A DNA stretch of 64,000 bases. It comes from Fimbriimonadaceae bacterium (lineage in GTDB: Bacteria; Armatimonadota; Fimbriimonadia; Fimbriimonadales; Fimbriimonadaceae). The position numbers and the translations under genes are program-made. The stretch's first letter is position 1, and each line of letters starts with the position of its first letter. The notes under the pieces were generated by a model. It worked only from the letters and a program-made list of their open reading frames with translations. It had not been told where the DNA came from and ran no database searches. The stretch covers positions 31,735-95,734 of the forward strand of contig JBFWOL010000005.1 in NCBI GenBank assembly GCA_050250535.1, read 5' to 3'. This document shows positions 45,507 through 55,110 of the stretch, in pieces.

Positions 45507-46453
45507 AGCTTGTACGGTACACGACTTCCGGGCGTGTGGAAGTCGTCGAAGCGTCAGAGCCGAGGCTGCCGGCCGGGGGCATAGTCGTGCAGGCGTTGGC
45601 CTGTGGTCTATGTTCCGGGGAGTTGATGTCGTGGTACATGGAAGCGAAGGCGCCGCACGTGCTCGGTCACGAGGTGGCAGGTCGGGTCGTTGAGTCTGAC
45701 TCCGAGCTCTTTCCAGTCGGTGCTTTGGTCGTCCCTCACCACCATGCCGCCTGCGGCGAGTGTGCAGAGTGCCGGTCGGGCCGCGAAGTGGCATGCCCGC
45801 CCTGGCGCGCCAATGCCTTGAGTCCGGGCGGGATGGCGGAGCGTTTCGCGGTTTCGGCGGTGGGGCTTGCCGACTGCCATCGGTGCGACGATGTGGATGC
45901 CATAGACGCCGCTCTCGCAGAGCCGGTCGCGTGCGTCGTCAAGAGTGTCGAGCGGGCTGGCGGCGAGGGATCGTGCGCGGTCGTCGGGCTGGGCTCTCTT
46001 GGGATTGCGCACCTCCTCCTTCGACCGGGCTCGGTGGGATACGACACCAACCCCACGCGGCGCGAGTGGGCCTTGCGCCTCGGCCTTGACGCCCGGCGGC
46101 CGGAGGAGGCCGAGCCCGCCCGGACCTGGTTCGTTTGTCCCGGAAGCGCCGAGGCCATGGGATTCGCGATGTCCCATCTTCTCCACGACGCGACCGTCGT
46201 CCTCTTCGCGCCCATGCCGCCAGGGGAGGCTACTCCGGTCGACCTCCACTCGAGCTACTTTCGCGACGTCCGGCTTGTTGCGTCCTATTCTTGCGGGCCT
46301 TCTCACATGGCCAGGGCGATCGAGTCTATCCGGGCAGGAACGGTGCGGGCACGGCACCTCGTCAGTACGTTTGTGACGATGGATGGGCTCCCGGGAGCGT
46401 ATCATGAGATGTCGGCCGGAGGGATACTGAAGGCCATGGTCGTGACCTCTTGA
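45503..46453 (+). CDS. zinc-dependent MDR dehydrogenase (second, tandem)
   Basis: CGLCSGEL..GHEVAG, CGECAECRSG, VVGLGSLG; ATGA overlap with the upstream MDR gene. Confidence 0.7.
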   Translation: MKLVRYTTSGRVEVVEASEPRLPAGGIVVQALACGLCSGELMSWYMEAKAPHVLGHEVAGRVVESDSELFPVGALVVPHHHAACGECAECRSGREVACPPWRANALSPGGMAERFAVSAVGLADCHRCDDVDAIDAALAEPVACVVKSVERAGGEGSCAVVGLGSLGIAHLLLRPGSVGYDTNPTRREWALRLGLDARRPEEAEPARTWFVCPGSAEAMGFAMSHLLHDATVVLFAPMPPGEATPVDLHSSYFRDVRLVASYSCGPSHMARAIESIRAGTVRARHLVSTFVTMDGLPGAYHEMSAGGILKAMVVTS

Positions 46454-46854
46454 TTCTCCGTCGAACCTCGGACGGCTGGGACGGCGTCCCGGCCGAGACC
46501 TATAAAGACGAGCCCGAAACCTGGCTCAAAGTGACACGCCACGTTCTTTTTGAGAGCAAAGAGAGCCAGTTTCAGGGACGGTACTTCGAGATCGGGCCTG
46601 GCGGTCATACCAGCTTGGAGCGGCACGAGCACGAGCACTTCGTCACCGTCCTTGTCGGCTCGGGAGTCGTGGTCTTAGGCGATCGCGAGTACCGGGTGGC
46701 GACCGGGGACGTCGTCCAGGTCAGATCGGGCGTGCCGCACTGCTTTCGGAACCCGGGCGAGGCTCCGTTCGGCATCCTTTGCGTGGTGGATCGGGTTCGG
46801 GACCGGCCTGTGCTTCTCGACCCCCAAGCCCTCGCGGATCGTCCAACTGTATAG
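46450..46854 (+). CDS. cupin-domain protein
   Basis: Cupin motifs G..SLERHEHEHFV.. and GDVV.V..G.PHCFRN. Confidence 0.65.
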   Translation: MILRRTSDGWDGVPAETYKDEPETWLKVTRHVLFESKESQFQGRYFEIGPGGHTSLERHEHEHFVTVLVGSGVVVLGDREYRVATGDVVQVRSGVPHCFRNPGEAPFGILCVVDRVRDRPVLLDPQALADRPTV

Positions 46855-46857
46855 AGA

Positions 46858-48006
46858 ATGCGTTCCATCCTCATCGCTTTCGTACTGCTGAGCCTTACAG
46901 GGGCGACCTACCCATGCCAGCAGGACGATCGCCACAAGAAAGACATCGAGAACGACGTCAAGATGGGCCGCGAATACTCGGAGGAGGTGCGGAAGGAGCT
47001 TCCCGCCAGCGAGAACATCGCGATGATCGAGCGAGTCCAGACCATTGGGAACCGGGTCGCCTCGATCGCGAACGCGAACCTGGTCGAAGTGACCTGGGGT
47101 GACAAACGCTTGAGCCCATTCACCTACGAGTTCACCGTGGTGAAGGGCGAGGACGTCAACGCGTTTTCGCTTCCAGGCGGGTTCATTTATGTCTACGAGG
47201 GCCTGGTCGAGTTCTGCGAGTCGGACGATGAGCTGGCAGGGGTCCTTGCCCACGAGGTCGCGCACGCGTCTTTCCGGCACGTCGCCGTTCTCCGCCGTGA
47301 GCAAAGCAAGTTCGATATCGTGAACATCCCGCTGATCCTGGCGGCGATCTTCTCCCGCAGCGAGGGCGCGGCGAGCCTTGCCCAGGGTGTCGGGCTCCTG
47401 AACCAGGCCGTAACGAGCGGCTGGTCGGTTAAGGCTGAGGAGTCGGCCGACTACGGGGCGATCCAATACTTGGTAGGCAGCGAGTACAACCCGGTCGGGA
47501 TCCTCACATTCATGGAGAGGCTCGCCCTGCGGGATCGGGCGAAGCCGGCAATCGACTGGGGCATCTACCAGACCCACCCGCCTTCGTCAGAAAGGGCAGT
47601 GGCACTTCAGAGACGACTGGGCGCGGCCGGAGTTCCGATCAAGCGGAGCGCGGTCAGCACTTCGCTCCGGGCGGATCTTAGGCCCAACGACGATGGCAAA
47701 GTCTCTGTCTACTTTGGCGAAACGTTTATCTTTGCGTTCGGGGGCTCCGACGCCCTGGTGAGGGCCGACAGCACGATCGCCGCGCTCAACCACTTCTTTG
47801 ACAGCGTCCCTGCGCTCTTCGAACTGAGGATCGAGGAGGGCACGAAGGTCACGGGCCGAGACCAACCCTTGCTTCAGGCCACGTCAGAGGACGGATCGGA
47901 CTATCAAAAACATGCCAAAGAGGCGTTCGTCGCACTCAAGAAGCGGCTCTTTGACATGAACTATCGACTTTGGCCGCAGAGCGATCGGGCCACGATCGAC
48001 CGGTAG
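46858..48006 (+). CDS. M48-family zinc metallopeptidase (BepA/Ste24-like), secreted
   Basis: Signal peptide; HEVAHASFRH HExxH motif; GFIYVYEGL. Confidence 0.75.
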   Translation: MRSILIAFVLLSLTGATYPCQQDDRHKKDIENDVKMGREYSEEVRKELPASENIAMIERVQTIGNRVASIANANLVEVTWGDKRLSPFTYEFTVVKGEDVNAFSLPGGFIYVYEGLVEFCESDDELAGVLAHEVAHASFRHVAVLRREQSKFDIVNIPLILAAIFSRSEGAASLAQGVGLLNQAVTSGWSVKAEESADYGAIQYLVGSEYNPVGILTFMERLALRDRAKPAIDWGIYQTHPPSSERAVALQRRLGAAGVPIKRSAVSTSLRADLRPNDDGKVSVYFGETFIFAFGGSDALVRADSTIAALNHFFDSVPALFELRIEEGTKVTGRDQPLLQATSEDGSDYQKHAKEAFVALKKRLFDMNYRLWPQSDRATIDR

Positions 48007-49181
48007 CTCGCGAGGGACTCTTGTACGGCGTCCACCAGCCTGTCGGCCCCGCCTCTTCCGTAGAAGGCTAGAGTTGCCTCGTACCCGCCTCGGTCATAGT
48101 CCTCCGGCTCCAGGACGTAGCCGGCCCAGCCGTCGGCATGGCTGACCACCACGCAACGCGAGAAGCCGCTCTTGAGTACCGTGCGCTCGATCCGGTGGGC
48201 GACGGCCACTGTCGGCTCGGCGGGGAGAAACACGACCGCGCAGTCGCCGAGGGCGAGCAGAGAGACCCGGCCGGTGGCCGGGGCAAACCGCTGAACCGCG
48301 ATCGCAGCAAGGGGTACTGGGACACCGTACGCTTCGGCGAACGTCGGGTGCGGGATCGGCTTGGCAAACTGGTAGGTGGCAGTGACCATCGCTAGCGGCT
48401 TGCCTTGAGACCAGACTTGCCTCGATCTTGCCGAGGCAAGGGCCTCGTGCAGCCCCTCAGCCATCCCTCGACTCCTCATGTCCGAAGTAGGCCCATCGAA
48501 ACGAGGGGCGATGTCGCCTATCGCACCTGTGGCAACGGGGGCGTTCAGAAGCGAGGCGAGCGAGCCCGGCCAGTCCGCTCGGTAGGCGGTCTGCTCTGGG
48601 CCGTTGAGTGTAGGATGAGCCCCAAAAGTTGCCAATAAAACCCGATCTCCTGACTTGAGTGCGAAGGCTCTGGGATCCGGAACTGCACCCTCTCGCCTGT
48701 TCCGGCCGAACGGCACACGGGCTTCGACGAGACCGATGGTGCCGGCTCGCATAGGCTCGGCGGCCAGGGCCGAGCGTACGGCTTGGTCGATCTGGCGAGC
48801 GAGAATATCGGCGTATTCCCGATTGTAGTTGGCGATCCCCGGGACGCTCAGGGTCATCCGGTCGTTCGCCATTTGACTGTCTGGGGCGCAGTGGGTGTGG
48901 GTCGCGACCAGCACGAGCTTGACTCCAGGAGGGATCCGTTCCCGGACTGCGGTCGCAAGGCTCTCGGGGATGGTCAGCGCGTCGAGCACCGCGATCGCGA
49001 TTCGCTCCGTGCCCTGCTCTAGGACGCTCACACGGACAAAAAGGCTGCCTCCGTCGTTGTGGCCTCGCTTGTCCCCGCGCTCTGTATAGCCTCCGAGCGG
49101 AAGCTCGCCCGCGGGCGTCACCTCGGTCGCCGAGTACCGGACAAGCAGGCTGGAGCTAGCCATGAGCAAGGCGAGACCCAT
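47961..49181 (-). CDS. neutral/alkaline ceramidase-family hydrolase (N-terminal catalytic domain only), secreted
   Basis: GGYTERGDKRGHNDGGSLFVRV and LVATHTHCAPDS correspond to the GY..Q..GIHDRL..RA and AATHTHSGP motifs of neutral ceramidases as recalled from P. aeruginosa; ~400 aa rather than ~670 aa. Confidence 0.55.
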   Translation of the reverse strand: MGLALLMASSSLLVRYSATEVTPAGELPLGGYTERGDKRGHNDGGSLFVRVSVLEQGTERIAIAVLDALTIPESLATAVRERIPPGVKLVLVATHTHCAPDSQMANDRMTLSVPGIANYNREYADILARQIDQAVRSALAAEPMRAGTIGLVEARVPFGRNRREGAVPDPRAFALKSGDRVLLATFGAHPTLNGPEQTAYRADWPGSLASLLNAPVATGAIGDIAPRFDGPTSDMRSRGMAEGLHEALASARSRQVWSQGKPLAMVTATYQFAKPIPHPTFAEAYGVPVPLAAIAVQRFAPATGRVSLLALGDCAVVFLPAEPTVAVAHRIERTVLKSGFSRCVVVSHADGWAGYVLEPEDYDRGGYEATLAFYGRGGADRLVDAVQESLASYRSIVARSLCGQSR

Positions 49182-49220
49182 GTCCTTCAGTATTCCTGCT
49201 CCCTGCTAGACTAGGCAGGA

Positions 49221-50789
49221 ATGGCCTTTGGAGTCAAGCTGACGGAGGACGTCGCCGCGGTCGATCCAGGATCGGCGGTACCCGTCGGGGTCGTGGTTAC
49301 CAACGACTCGGGCCAGCCGGACGAATACGAGCTACGGGTTGACGGTCTTGACTCCCAGTGGGTAGCCATCCCGGTAGCTTCGTTCTCGATCGAAGCGGGC
49401 GGCTCGGCCACCGAGCGGGTGATCCTTCGACCCTCGAGGACCAGCGAGAACCTTGCGGGCACGTATCCATACGTCGTTACAATCCGCTCGCTGAACACGG
49501 CGGAAGTCCAGACAGTGCAAGGCGTCCTGGAGATCAAGCCGTTCCACAGCCTGTCTATCGAGGTTCAGCCTCGCCGAGCTACCCTGTCCGCGACCCACCG
49601 CGAGGCAGAGATGTCGGTCAAAGTGGTCAACCTGGGAAACGTGGCGCAAACAGTCCAGCTGTTTGCAGCGGACGCGGACGCCTTGTTCGCGTTCGAGTTC
49701 GAGGTGGATCAAGTCAGTGTCCAACCCGGCCAGGAACGGGTCGTCTCCGTTTCTACCGCCGCCACCAAGAACCCGTTGTTCGCAGCAGCCCGGTTACAAA
49801 ACTTCACCGTTTCTGCGCGCAACATCGAGCACCCGGCCGTCGGCGCTTCGGCGACAGGACAGATCGAGCACCGGCCGCTGTTCGCGCCGGCGACCGCCTT
49901 CTTTTTCGTACTTCTCATTGCTCTGGTCGCCGCGTGGGTTTTGAGCTGGCCCCCGACGCCGGTAGTGGACGGAGTCACGGTCTCACCGGAATCCGTGACG
50001 GTCGGCGAGCCGATCAACATCAAGTGGGAGACGTCGGGGACAAACTCCGTGAGCCTGAAGATCGGGGACTGGGCCAAGACCCGGTTGTCGCCGGACGGGA
50101 CTCTTGAGTTCACTCCGGAAAAGACAGGGGAGTTCGCCGTCGAAATTACGGCCTACTCGGGCCGCCGCACCGCGAAGGACGCGACCAAGAGCGTGCTCGT
50201 CAAGAACAAGGAAGTCTCGCCTGACCCACAGCTCAAGGTCACATTGGAAAGAGACACGGTGGCCGTGGGCGAGAGCTACCTCCTGCGGTATGAGTGCAAC
50301 GACGCCGTCGTCAGGGCCACGCTCTTCCCGATGCAGCGCGACCTGGATGTGCGCGGACGAAGCATCGAGCTCCAGGCCAACACACCGGGCAAGATCGAGC
50401 TTCGAGTTATCGCATATAACGCGGACGGAGAGACGGTGGAGGCGGGGGCCACGGTGACGGTCGTAGAAAAGCCAGAGACGTCTATCGTGAAGTTTGGCGT
50501 CGAGCCCAAGGAGCTCGAAGAAGGGGGCGGCGAGGTTACGATCGAGTGGACGGTCAGCCGCGCTTCACGGATAGAAATCCAGTACGCGGGCAAAAAGGAC
50601 GTCACGACGGAACTCACGGGAACCTACCAGGCCTCGATCACAGAGGACACCGTGTTCCAGCTCGTGGCCTATGACTCCAAGGGTCGGACGGTCACGTCCG
50701 ACAGCGTCCGGGTCAAGGTGAAGAAGCCGCCAAAACCTGAAGGCGAACCCACCGTCGTTGACCCCCCCAGGACGACGGGAAGAGGCTAA
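49221..50789 (+). CDS. hypothetical protein with multiple Ig-like/NEW3-like beta-sandwich domains and one internal TM helix
   Basis: Repeated ~100-aa beta-rich modules (VTNDSGQPDEYEL..); hydrophobic segment FFFVLLIALVAAWVLSW near residue 235; no N-terminal signal. Confidence 0.5.
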   Translation: MAFGVKLTEDVAAVDPGSAVPVGVVVTNDSGQPDEYELRVDGLDSQWVAIPVASFSIEAGGSATERVILRPSRTSENLAGTYPYVVTIRSLNTAEVQTVQGVLEIKPFHSLSIEVQPRRATLSATHREAEMSVKVVNLGNVAQTVQLFAADADALFAFEFEVDQVSVQPGQERVVSVSTAATKNPLFAAARLQNFTVSARNIEHPAVGASATGQIEHRPLFAPATAFFFVLLIALVAAWVLSWPPTPVVDGVTVSPESVTVGEPINIKWETSGTNSVSLKIGDWAKTRLSPDGTLEFTPEKTGEFAVEITAYSGRRTAKDATKSVLVKNKEVSPDPQLKVTLERDTVAVGESYLLRYECNDAVVRATLFPMQRDLDVRGRSIELQANTPGKIELRVIAYNADGETVEAGATVTVVEKPETSIVKFGVEPKELEEGGGEVTIEWTVSRASRIEIQYAGKKDVTTELTGTYQASITEDTVFQLVAYDSKGRTVTSDSVRVKVKKPPKPEGEPTVVDPPRTTGRG

Positions 50790-52316
50790 GTGGGGCGACG
50801 AAGAGCGCTGCTTTCGGTCAGCGACAAGGCTGGGCTCGTTGAGTTCGCCCAGGGTCTCGCGAACCTGGGCTTCGAGATCGTCAGCACCGGGGGCACGGCG
50901 GCGGCCCTCTCGAAGGCTGGCCTTTCGGTGACGGACGTGGGTGAAGTGACCGGTTTCCAGGAGATGTTGGACGGACGGGTCAAGACGCTCCACCCTAACA
51001 TCCATGGCGGGATCCTCGCTGACCGCGCAAACCCCGCCCACACGGCAGCTCTCGATGCGGCGGGAATCGTCCCCATCGAGGTCGTTGCCGTAAACCTGTA
51101 CCCGTTCGAGGCCACCATGCTCCAGGGTGCCAGCTTGGAAGACGCGATCGAGAACATTGACATTGGTGGCCCGGCCATGGTAAGGGCTGCGGCCAAGAAC
51201 CACGGGAGCGTCCTCGTCGTAGTGGACCAATCAGACTACGCTGAAGTTCTCTCAGCGCTGGAAGTCGGCGCTACGAAGGAGCTTCGCAGGCGGCTCGCGG
51301 CCAAGGCGTACCGGCACACCGCCTTCTATGACTCGATGGTGTCGCGGTACCTGACTGATGAGCAGTTCCCGTCCGAGCTGACGGTCGGGTGGCGAAAGTC
51401 GTCCGAGCTCCGGTATGGCGAGAACCCGCACCAGCCTGCCGCGCTCTACCTCGATCCCTTTGGGGAGCCCGGCCTGTCTCGAGCAAGGCAGCTCTGGGGC
51501 AAGGAACTGAGCTACAACAATTTGCTCGACGCGGAGGCCGCGTGGGAACTCGTGAACGACATGGACGGCGCGTCGTGCGTGGTCGTGAAGCACGGCAACC
51601 CGTGCGGGGCGGCGCAAGGGAAGGACGGGGCAGAGGCCTACCGCATTGCAAAAGCGTGCGATCCAGTGTCCGCCTTTGGCGGGATTGCGGCATTTCGAGA
51701 ACCCGTCGGCGTCGCAGAGGCCGAAGCCATGACCGAGAAGGGAAACTTCTTGGAGGTCGTGATCGCGCCGGCCTGGAGCGAAGACGCCCTCGACGTATTC
51801 CGGGGCAGGGGAGGCTGGGGGCCGAACGTTCGGCTCTTAGAAGCGCCTGCCACGCCCAGGACCGCCCCGATTGCGATCCGATCGATGCGTGGGGCCGTCC
51901 TGGTCACGACCATGGACGAAGATCCCGGGCTGGACTGGACGACCGTAACCCGGCGCGGGCCCACCGCCGACGAGCTGCAGGCGCTCCGGCTTGCTTGGAC
52001 TCTCGTAGCCCATGTGAAGTCGAACGCGATTGTCCTCGCAGCGCCCGACCGCCTGCTCGGCATGGGGGCAGGGCAGCCGAACCGGGTTCAGTCCGTGCGT
52101 CTGGCCTTGGCCCAGGCAGGCAAGGCATCAAGAGGAGCGGCAATGGCGAGCGACGCGTTCTTCCCGTTCCCAGACAGCCTGGAGGAAGCAGCGGCGGCGG
52201 GGGTCAGTTGCGTCGTCCAGCCGGGAGGGAGCAAAAACGATCCCGCCGTGATCGAGGCTGCAGACGGATTCGGCATGGCGATGATCCTGACTGGAACGAG
52301 GCATTTTCGGCACTGA
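50790..52316 (+). CDS. purH: bifunctional AICAR transformylase / IMP cyclohydrolase
   Basis: RRALLSVSDKAGLVEFA..VSTGGTA MGS domain and AICARFT domain over the full length. Confidence 0.9.
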   Translation: MGRRRALLSVSDKAGLVEFAQGLANLGFEIVSTGGTAAALSKAGLSVTDVGEVTGFQEMLDGRVKTLHPNIHGGILADRANPAHTAALDAAGIVPIEVVAVNLYPFEATMLQGASLEDAIENIDIGGPAMVRAAAKNHGSVLVVVDQSDYAEVLSALEVGATKELRRRLAAKAYRHTAFYDSMVSRYLTDEQFPSELTVGWRKSSELRYGENPHQPAALYLDPFGEPGLSRARQLWGKELSYNNLLDAEAAWELVNDMDGASCVVVKHGNPCGAAQGKDGAEAYRIAKACDPVSAFGGIAAFREPVGVAEAEAMTEKGNFLEVVIAPAWSEDALDVFRGRGGWGPNVRLLEAPATPRTAPIAIRSMRGAVLVTTMDEDPGLDWTTVTRRGPTADELQALRLAWTLVAHVKSNAIVLAAPDRLLGMGAGQPNRVQSVRLALAQAGKASRGAAMASDAFFPFPDSLEEAAAAGVSCVVQPGGSKNDPAVIEAADGFGMAMILTGTRHFRH

Positions 52317-52366
52317 CGAAACCATTCGCGCTCCTGAATGCGTCACAATAAGCCGAGGTACTCATA

Positions 52367-52666
52367 GTGAAGAACCAGAACGACATGATTGTTTCCGTCG
52401 TCGCGGGCGTGATCGCCATCGGCGCTTTTTGCGGACTCTTCTTCACGAAGCGGACGCCAAGCACGCCTCCGCCCCCGGCGGTGGTGCCCATCGACGAAGC
52501 CACTCCGCAAGAAGGTGCGGTCACGTTCACTTCGAACCTCCCGGCCGGCTCAGGCAATGCAGGGTTCGGTGGAGCAGCGCGGCCGAGCGCAGCGCGACCC
52601 GCGGGCGGCGGTGGCGACAGCCGATACGGCGGTATGACCAAGCCCGGCAACATGCTCGGCGGCTAG
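52367..52666 (+). CDS. small membrane protein with Pro/Gly-rich tail
   Basis: One TM helix (IVSVVAGVIAIGAFCGLFF); GAGGT SD; followed by a strong terminator. Confidence 0.4.
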   Translation: MKNQNDMIVSVVAGVIAIGAFCGLFFTKRTPSTPPPPAVVPIDEATPQEGAVTFTSNLPAGSGNAGFGGAARPSAARPAGGGGDSRYGGMTKPGNMLGG

Positions 52667-52690
52667 TACCCGTAGTTTCCCAACTGTAGT

Positions 52691-52731
52691 GCGACCGTGC
52701 CAGGTACCTTTGGCACGGTCGCATTTCGTTT
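52691..52731 (+). terminator. rho-independent terminator: 11-bp perfect stem GCGACCGTGCC/GGCACGGTCGC, loop aggtaccttt, then ATTTCGTTT
   Basis: Read directly; lies between the small ORF and mreB. Confidence 0.7.
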
Positions 52732-52761
52732 GAAACAGCCCCTCACTCTCCGCCCCATCCA

Positions 52762-53829
52762 ATGAGCGCCATGGCACCAGTCCCCAGCTTCTGGCGCAAC
52801 GTTTCGCGGCGCTTTACTACCGACATTGGCATCGATCTGGGCACAGCGAACACGCTCGTCTATGCCGCAGGACGCGGCGTAGTCCTGCGCGAGCCCAGTG
52901 TTGTGGCGATCAATAAGGACACGAGCGAGGTCTTGGCGGTGGGATCCGAGGCCCAGAAGATGCTCGGCAGGACCCCGGCGAACATTGTCGCAGTCCGACC
53001 GCTCCGCGACGGCGTGATCGCGGACTTTGATCTGACCCACAAGATGATCGAGAAGTTTGTGAAGGGCGCTCGGGCTCGAGGCTCGTTGGTCTCAAACGTC
53101 ATCGTGGGCATCCCGAGCGGCGTGACCGAGGTTGAAAGGGACGCCGTATTGGACGCGAGCCGCAAGGCGGGCGCCAACCGAGCGAGCGTCATTGAGGAGC
53201 CAATGGCGGCTGCGATCGGCTCTGGACTTCCCGTAGCCGAGGCGACCGGTTCCATGGTAGTGGATATCGGAGGCGGCACGACCGAAGTGGCGGTCATCTC
53301 CTTTGGCGGTATCGTTCATAGCAAGTCCATTCGCGTCGCGGGTGACGAGATTGACGAGGCAATCGGCTCCTACGTCCGCCGGGCTCACAACCTATATATT
53401 GGGGACCGCACCGCCGAGAAGCTCAAGATCGAGTTGGCCGTCTGTTGCCCGACGGACGAGGTGCATTACCGCACTGTGACTGGTAGGCACCTCCTAGACG
53501 GTCTCCCGCGTACCGCCGAAGTCTCGAGCGAGGAGATTCGGGCCGCGATCGAGGAGCCGTTGCTGGGGATCATCGAGGCGGTGAAGCTGACGCTGGAGGC
53601 AACGCCCCCCGAACTCGCGGCGGACTGTATGGAGCGCGGGATCGTCCTCGCGGGCGGCGGCGCGCTCCTGCGAGGGCTGGACGTACGGCTGGAACAAGAG
53701 ACCGGCATGCCGGTGAGGATCGCGAACGACCCCCTCGACTGTGTCGCGATCGGAATCGGGCGAATGCTGGAGATGATCCACGACGACCCGGCAATCCGCC
53801 GGATGCTGGAGAAGGCGTCACGAAGCTAG
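52762..53829 (+). CDS. mreB: rod shape-determining protein MreB
   Basis: DIGIDLGTANTLVY, actin-fold motifs, full length; the start could be a few codons downstream. Confidence 0.9.
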   Translation: MSAMAPVPSFWRNVSRRFTTDIGIDLGTANTLVYAAGRGVVLREPSVVAINKDTSEVLAVGSEAQKMLGRTPANIVAVRPLRDGVIADFDLTHKMIEKFVKGARARGSLVSNVIVGIPSGVTEVERDAVLDASRKAGANRASVIEEPMAAAIGSGLPVAEATGSMVVDIGGGTTEVAVISFGGIVHSKSIRVAGDEIDEAIGSYVRRAHNLYIGDRTAEKLKIELAVCCPTDEVHYRTVTGRHLLDGLPRTAEVSSEEIRAAIEEPLLGIIEAVKLTLEATPPELAADCMERGIVLAGGGALLRGLDVRLEQETGMPVRIANDPLDCVAIGIGRMLEMIHDDPAIRRMLEKASRS

Positions 53830-53861
53830 AGCGCTCCTACCGCACCGATTGGATCGGCCTT

Positions 53862-54626
53862 GTGATTCTTCTTGTGGCGGGTGTCGCGCTCGGTCAGGTT
53901 CAGAACCGGGCGCGCCGTGCCGGTTCCTTGGACGGAGCGACCGCCATGGTCCAGCGGGCGCTCTCGGGCCCCTCGGCCGCAATCCGGCAGACCGCGCAGG
54001 CCAACGGTGCCCGATGGCAGTCTCTCATGGACTCCGGGCGGTTGAACTCGGAACTCGAGCGGCTGAGAGCCACAGAGCGAGCCTCGGCTGCTTACCTTGA
54101 GCGGCTCAAGTACCTGGAGTCCGAGATTCGACGGATGGAGGCGATCGAGGGCATCAACACCGCTGGTCGAACGCAAATCCGTGCGCAGGTGGCTGGACTG
54201 AACCCCTATGCCCACCGACTCACCTTGAACGTCGGCAGCGACGCTGGGGTGGAGCCTGGGATGCCGGTTGTGAACGGTGACGGCCTGCTTGCCCTGGTCG
54301 AGTCGGTGGGAGCACGCCAGTGCCAGGCGCTCCTCCTCACTTCGGCTGCCTCCAAGTTCGGCGGCACGACAGCCGGGGAGAAGCCTGTCGCGGGCCTGGT
54401 CCGAGGGTACACGCCGGGGCGGCTCCTCATCGAGCTTCTGCAGGAGGGCGAGGTCACGCCAGGCCAGGAGATCGTGACGTCAGGATATTCGGCCGCGATT
54501 CCCCGTGGGCTGCTCGTGGGAACGGTCTTGGAAGTCTCGACGGATCCTAGCCTGGGCGTCCGGCAGGCAATCCTGCTTCCAGCGGCCAGGGTCGGCAACA
54601 CCCTGGAGGTCGTCGTGCTCCGATGA
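53862..54626 (+). CDS. mreC: rod shape-determining protein MreC
   Basis: N-terminal TM anchor, coiled-coil, C-terminal beta domains (..GDGLLALVESV.., ..EIVTSGYSAAIPRGLLVGTV); GTG start; the in-frame upstream stretch contains no ATG/GTG/TTG. Confidence 0.8.
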   Translation: MILLVAGVALGQVQNRARRAGSLDGATAMVQRALSGPSAAIRQTAQANGARWQSLMDSGRLNSELERLRATERASAAYLERLKYLESEIRRMEAIEGINTAGRTQIRAQVAGLNPYAHRLTLNVGSDAGVEPGMPVVNGDGLLALVESVGARQCQALLLTSAASKFGGTTAGEKPVAGLVRGYTPGRLLIELLQEGEVTPGQEIVTSGYSAAIPRGLLVGTVLEVSTDPSLGVRQAILLPAARVGNTLEVVVLR

Positions 54627-55102
54627 TTTGGGTCGCCAGGCTGGTGTGGCTCTTGCTCGTCACGGGCGCGGTCATGGTTCAGTTCGCTGCACCAGGAGTG
54701 CTGGGGATCGGGGCGTTTGCGCCAGATCTGCCGTTGCTCTCGGCCCTTGTGTTCGCGATCCTCGCTCGGCCCATCGGGGGCGCGGTCGCGGGTTGGTACA
54801 TGGGCACTTTGACCGGGTTGCTCGCGGGTGCAGACCTTGCAGCGCACTCGCTCGCGGCGTGCCTTGCCGGGTTCGCGCTCTCTTGGCCGGGCGAAAGGGG
54901 GATCAACGTGACTGCGCCGGTCTTTGCCGCCCTCGTCGCCTTAGGCACGATCGTACACGGGGTCCTCTTCGTACTGCTGGCCCCTTCGTCCGGGCTGGGT
55001 GGGTTCCTTCAAGATACAATCCTCGCGGCGGTCTACAACGGCGTGCTCGCCTTTCCGATCGGAGTGGTGGCGCACAAAGCCTTCTGCAGGCCAATGCCCT
55101 AG
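54623..55102 (+). CDS. mreD: rod shape-determining protein MreD
   Basis: Polytopic 159-aa membrane protein immediately after mreC; ATGA overlap. Confidence 0.7.
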   Translation: MIWVARLVWLLLVTGAVMVQFAAPGVLGIGAFAPDLPLLSALVFAILARPIGGAVAGWYMGTLTGLLAGADLAAHSLAACLAGFALSWPGERGINVTAPVFAALVALGTIVHGVLFVLLAPSSGLGGFLQDTILAAVYNGVLAFPIGVVAHKAFCRPMP

Positions 55103-55110
55103 GATCATCG

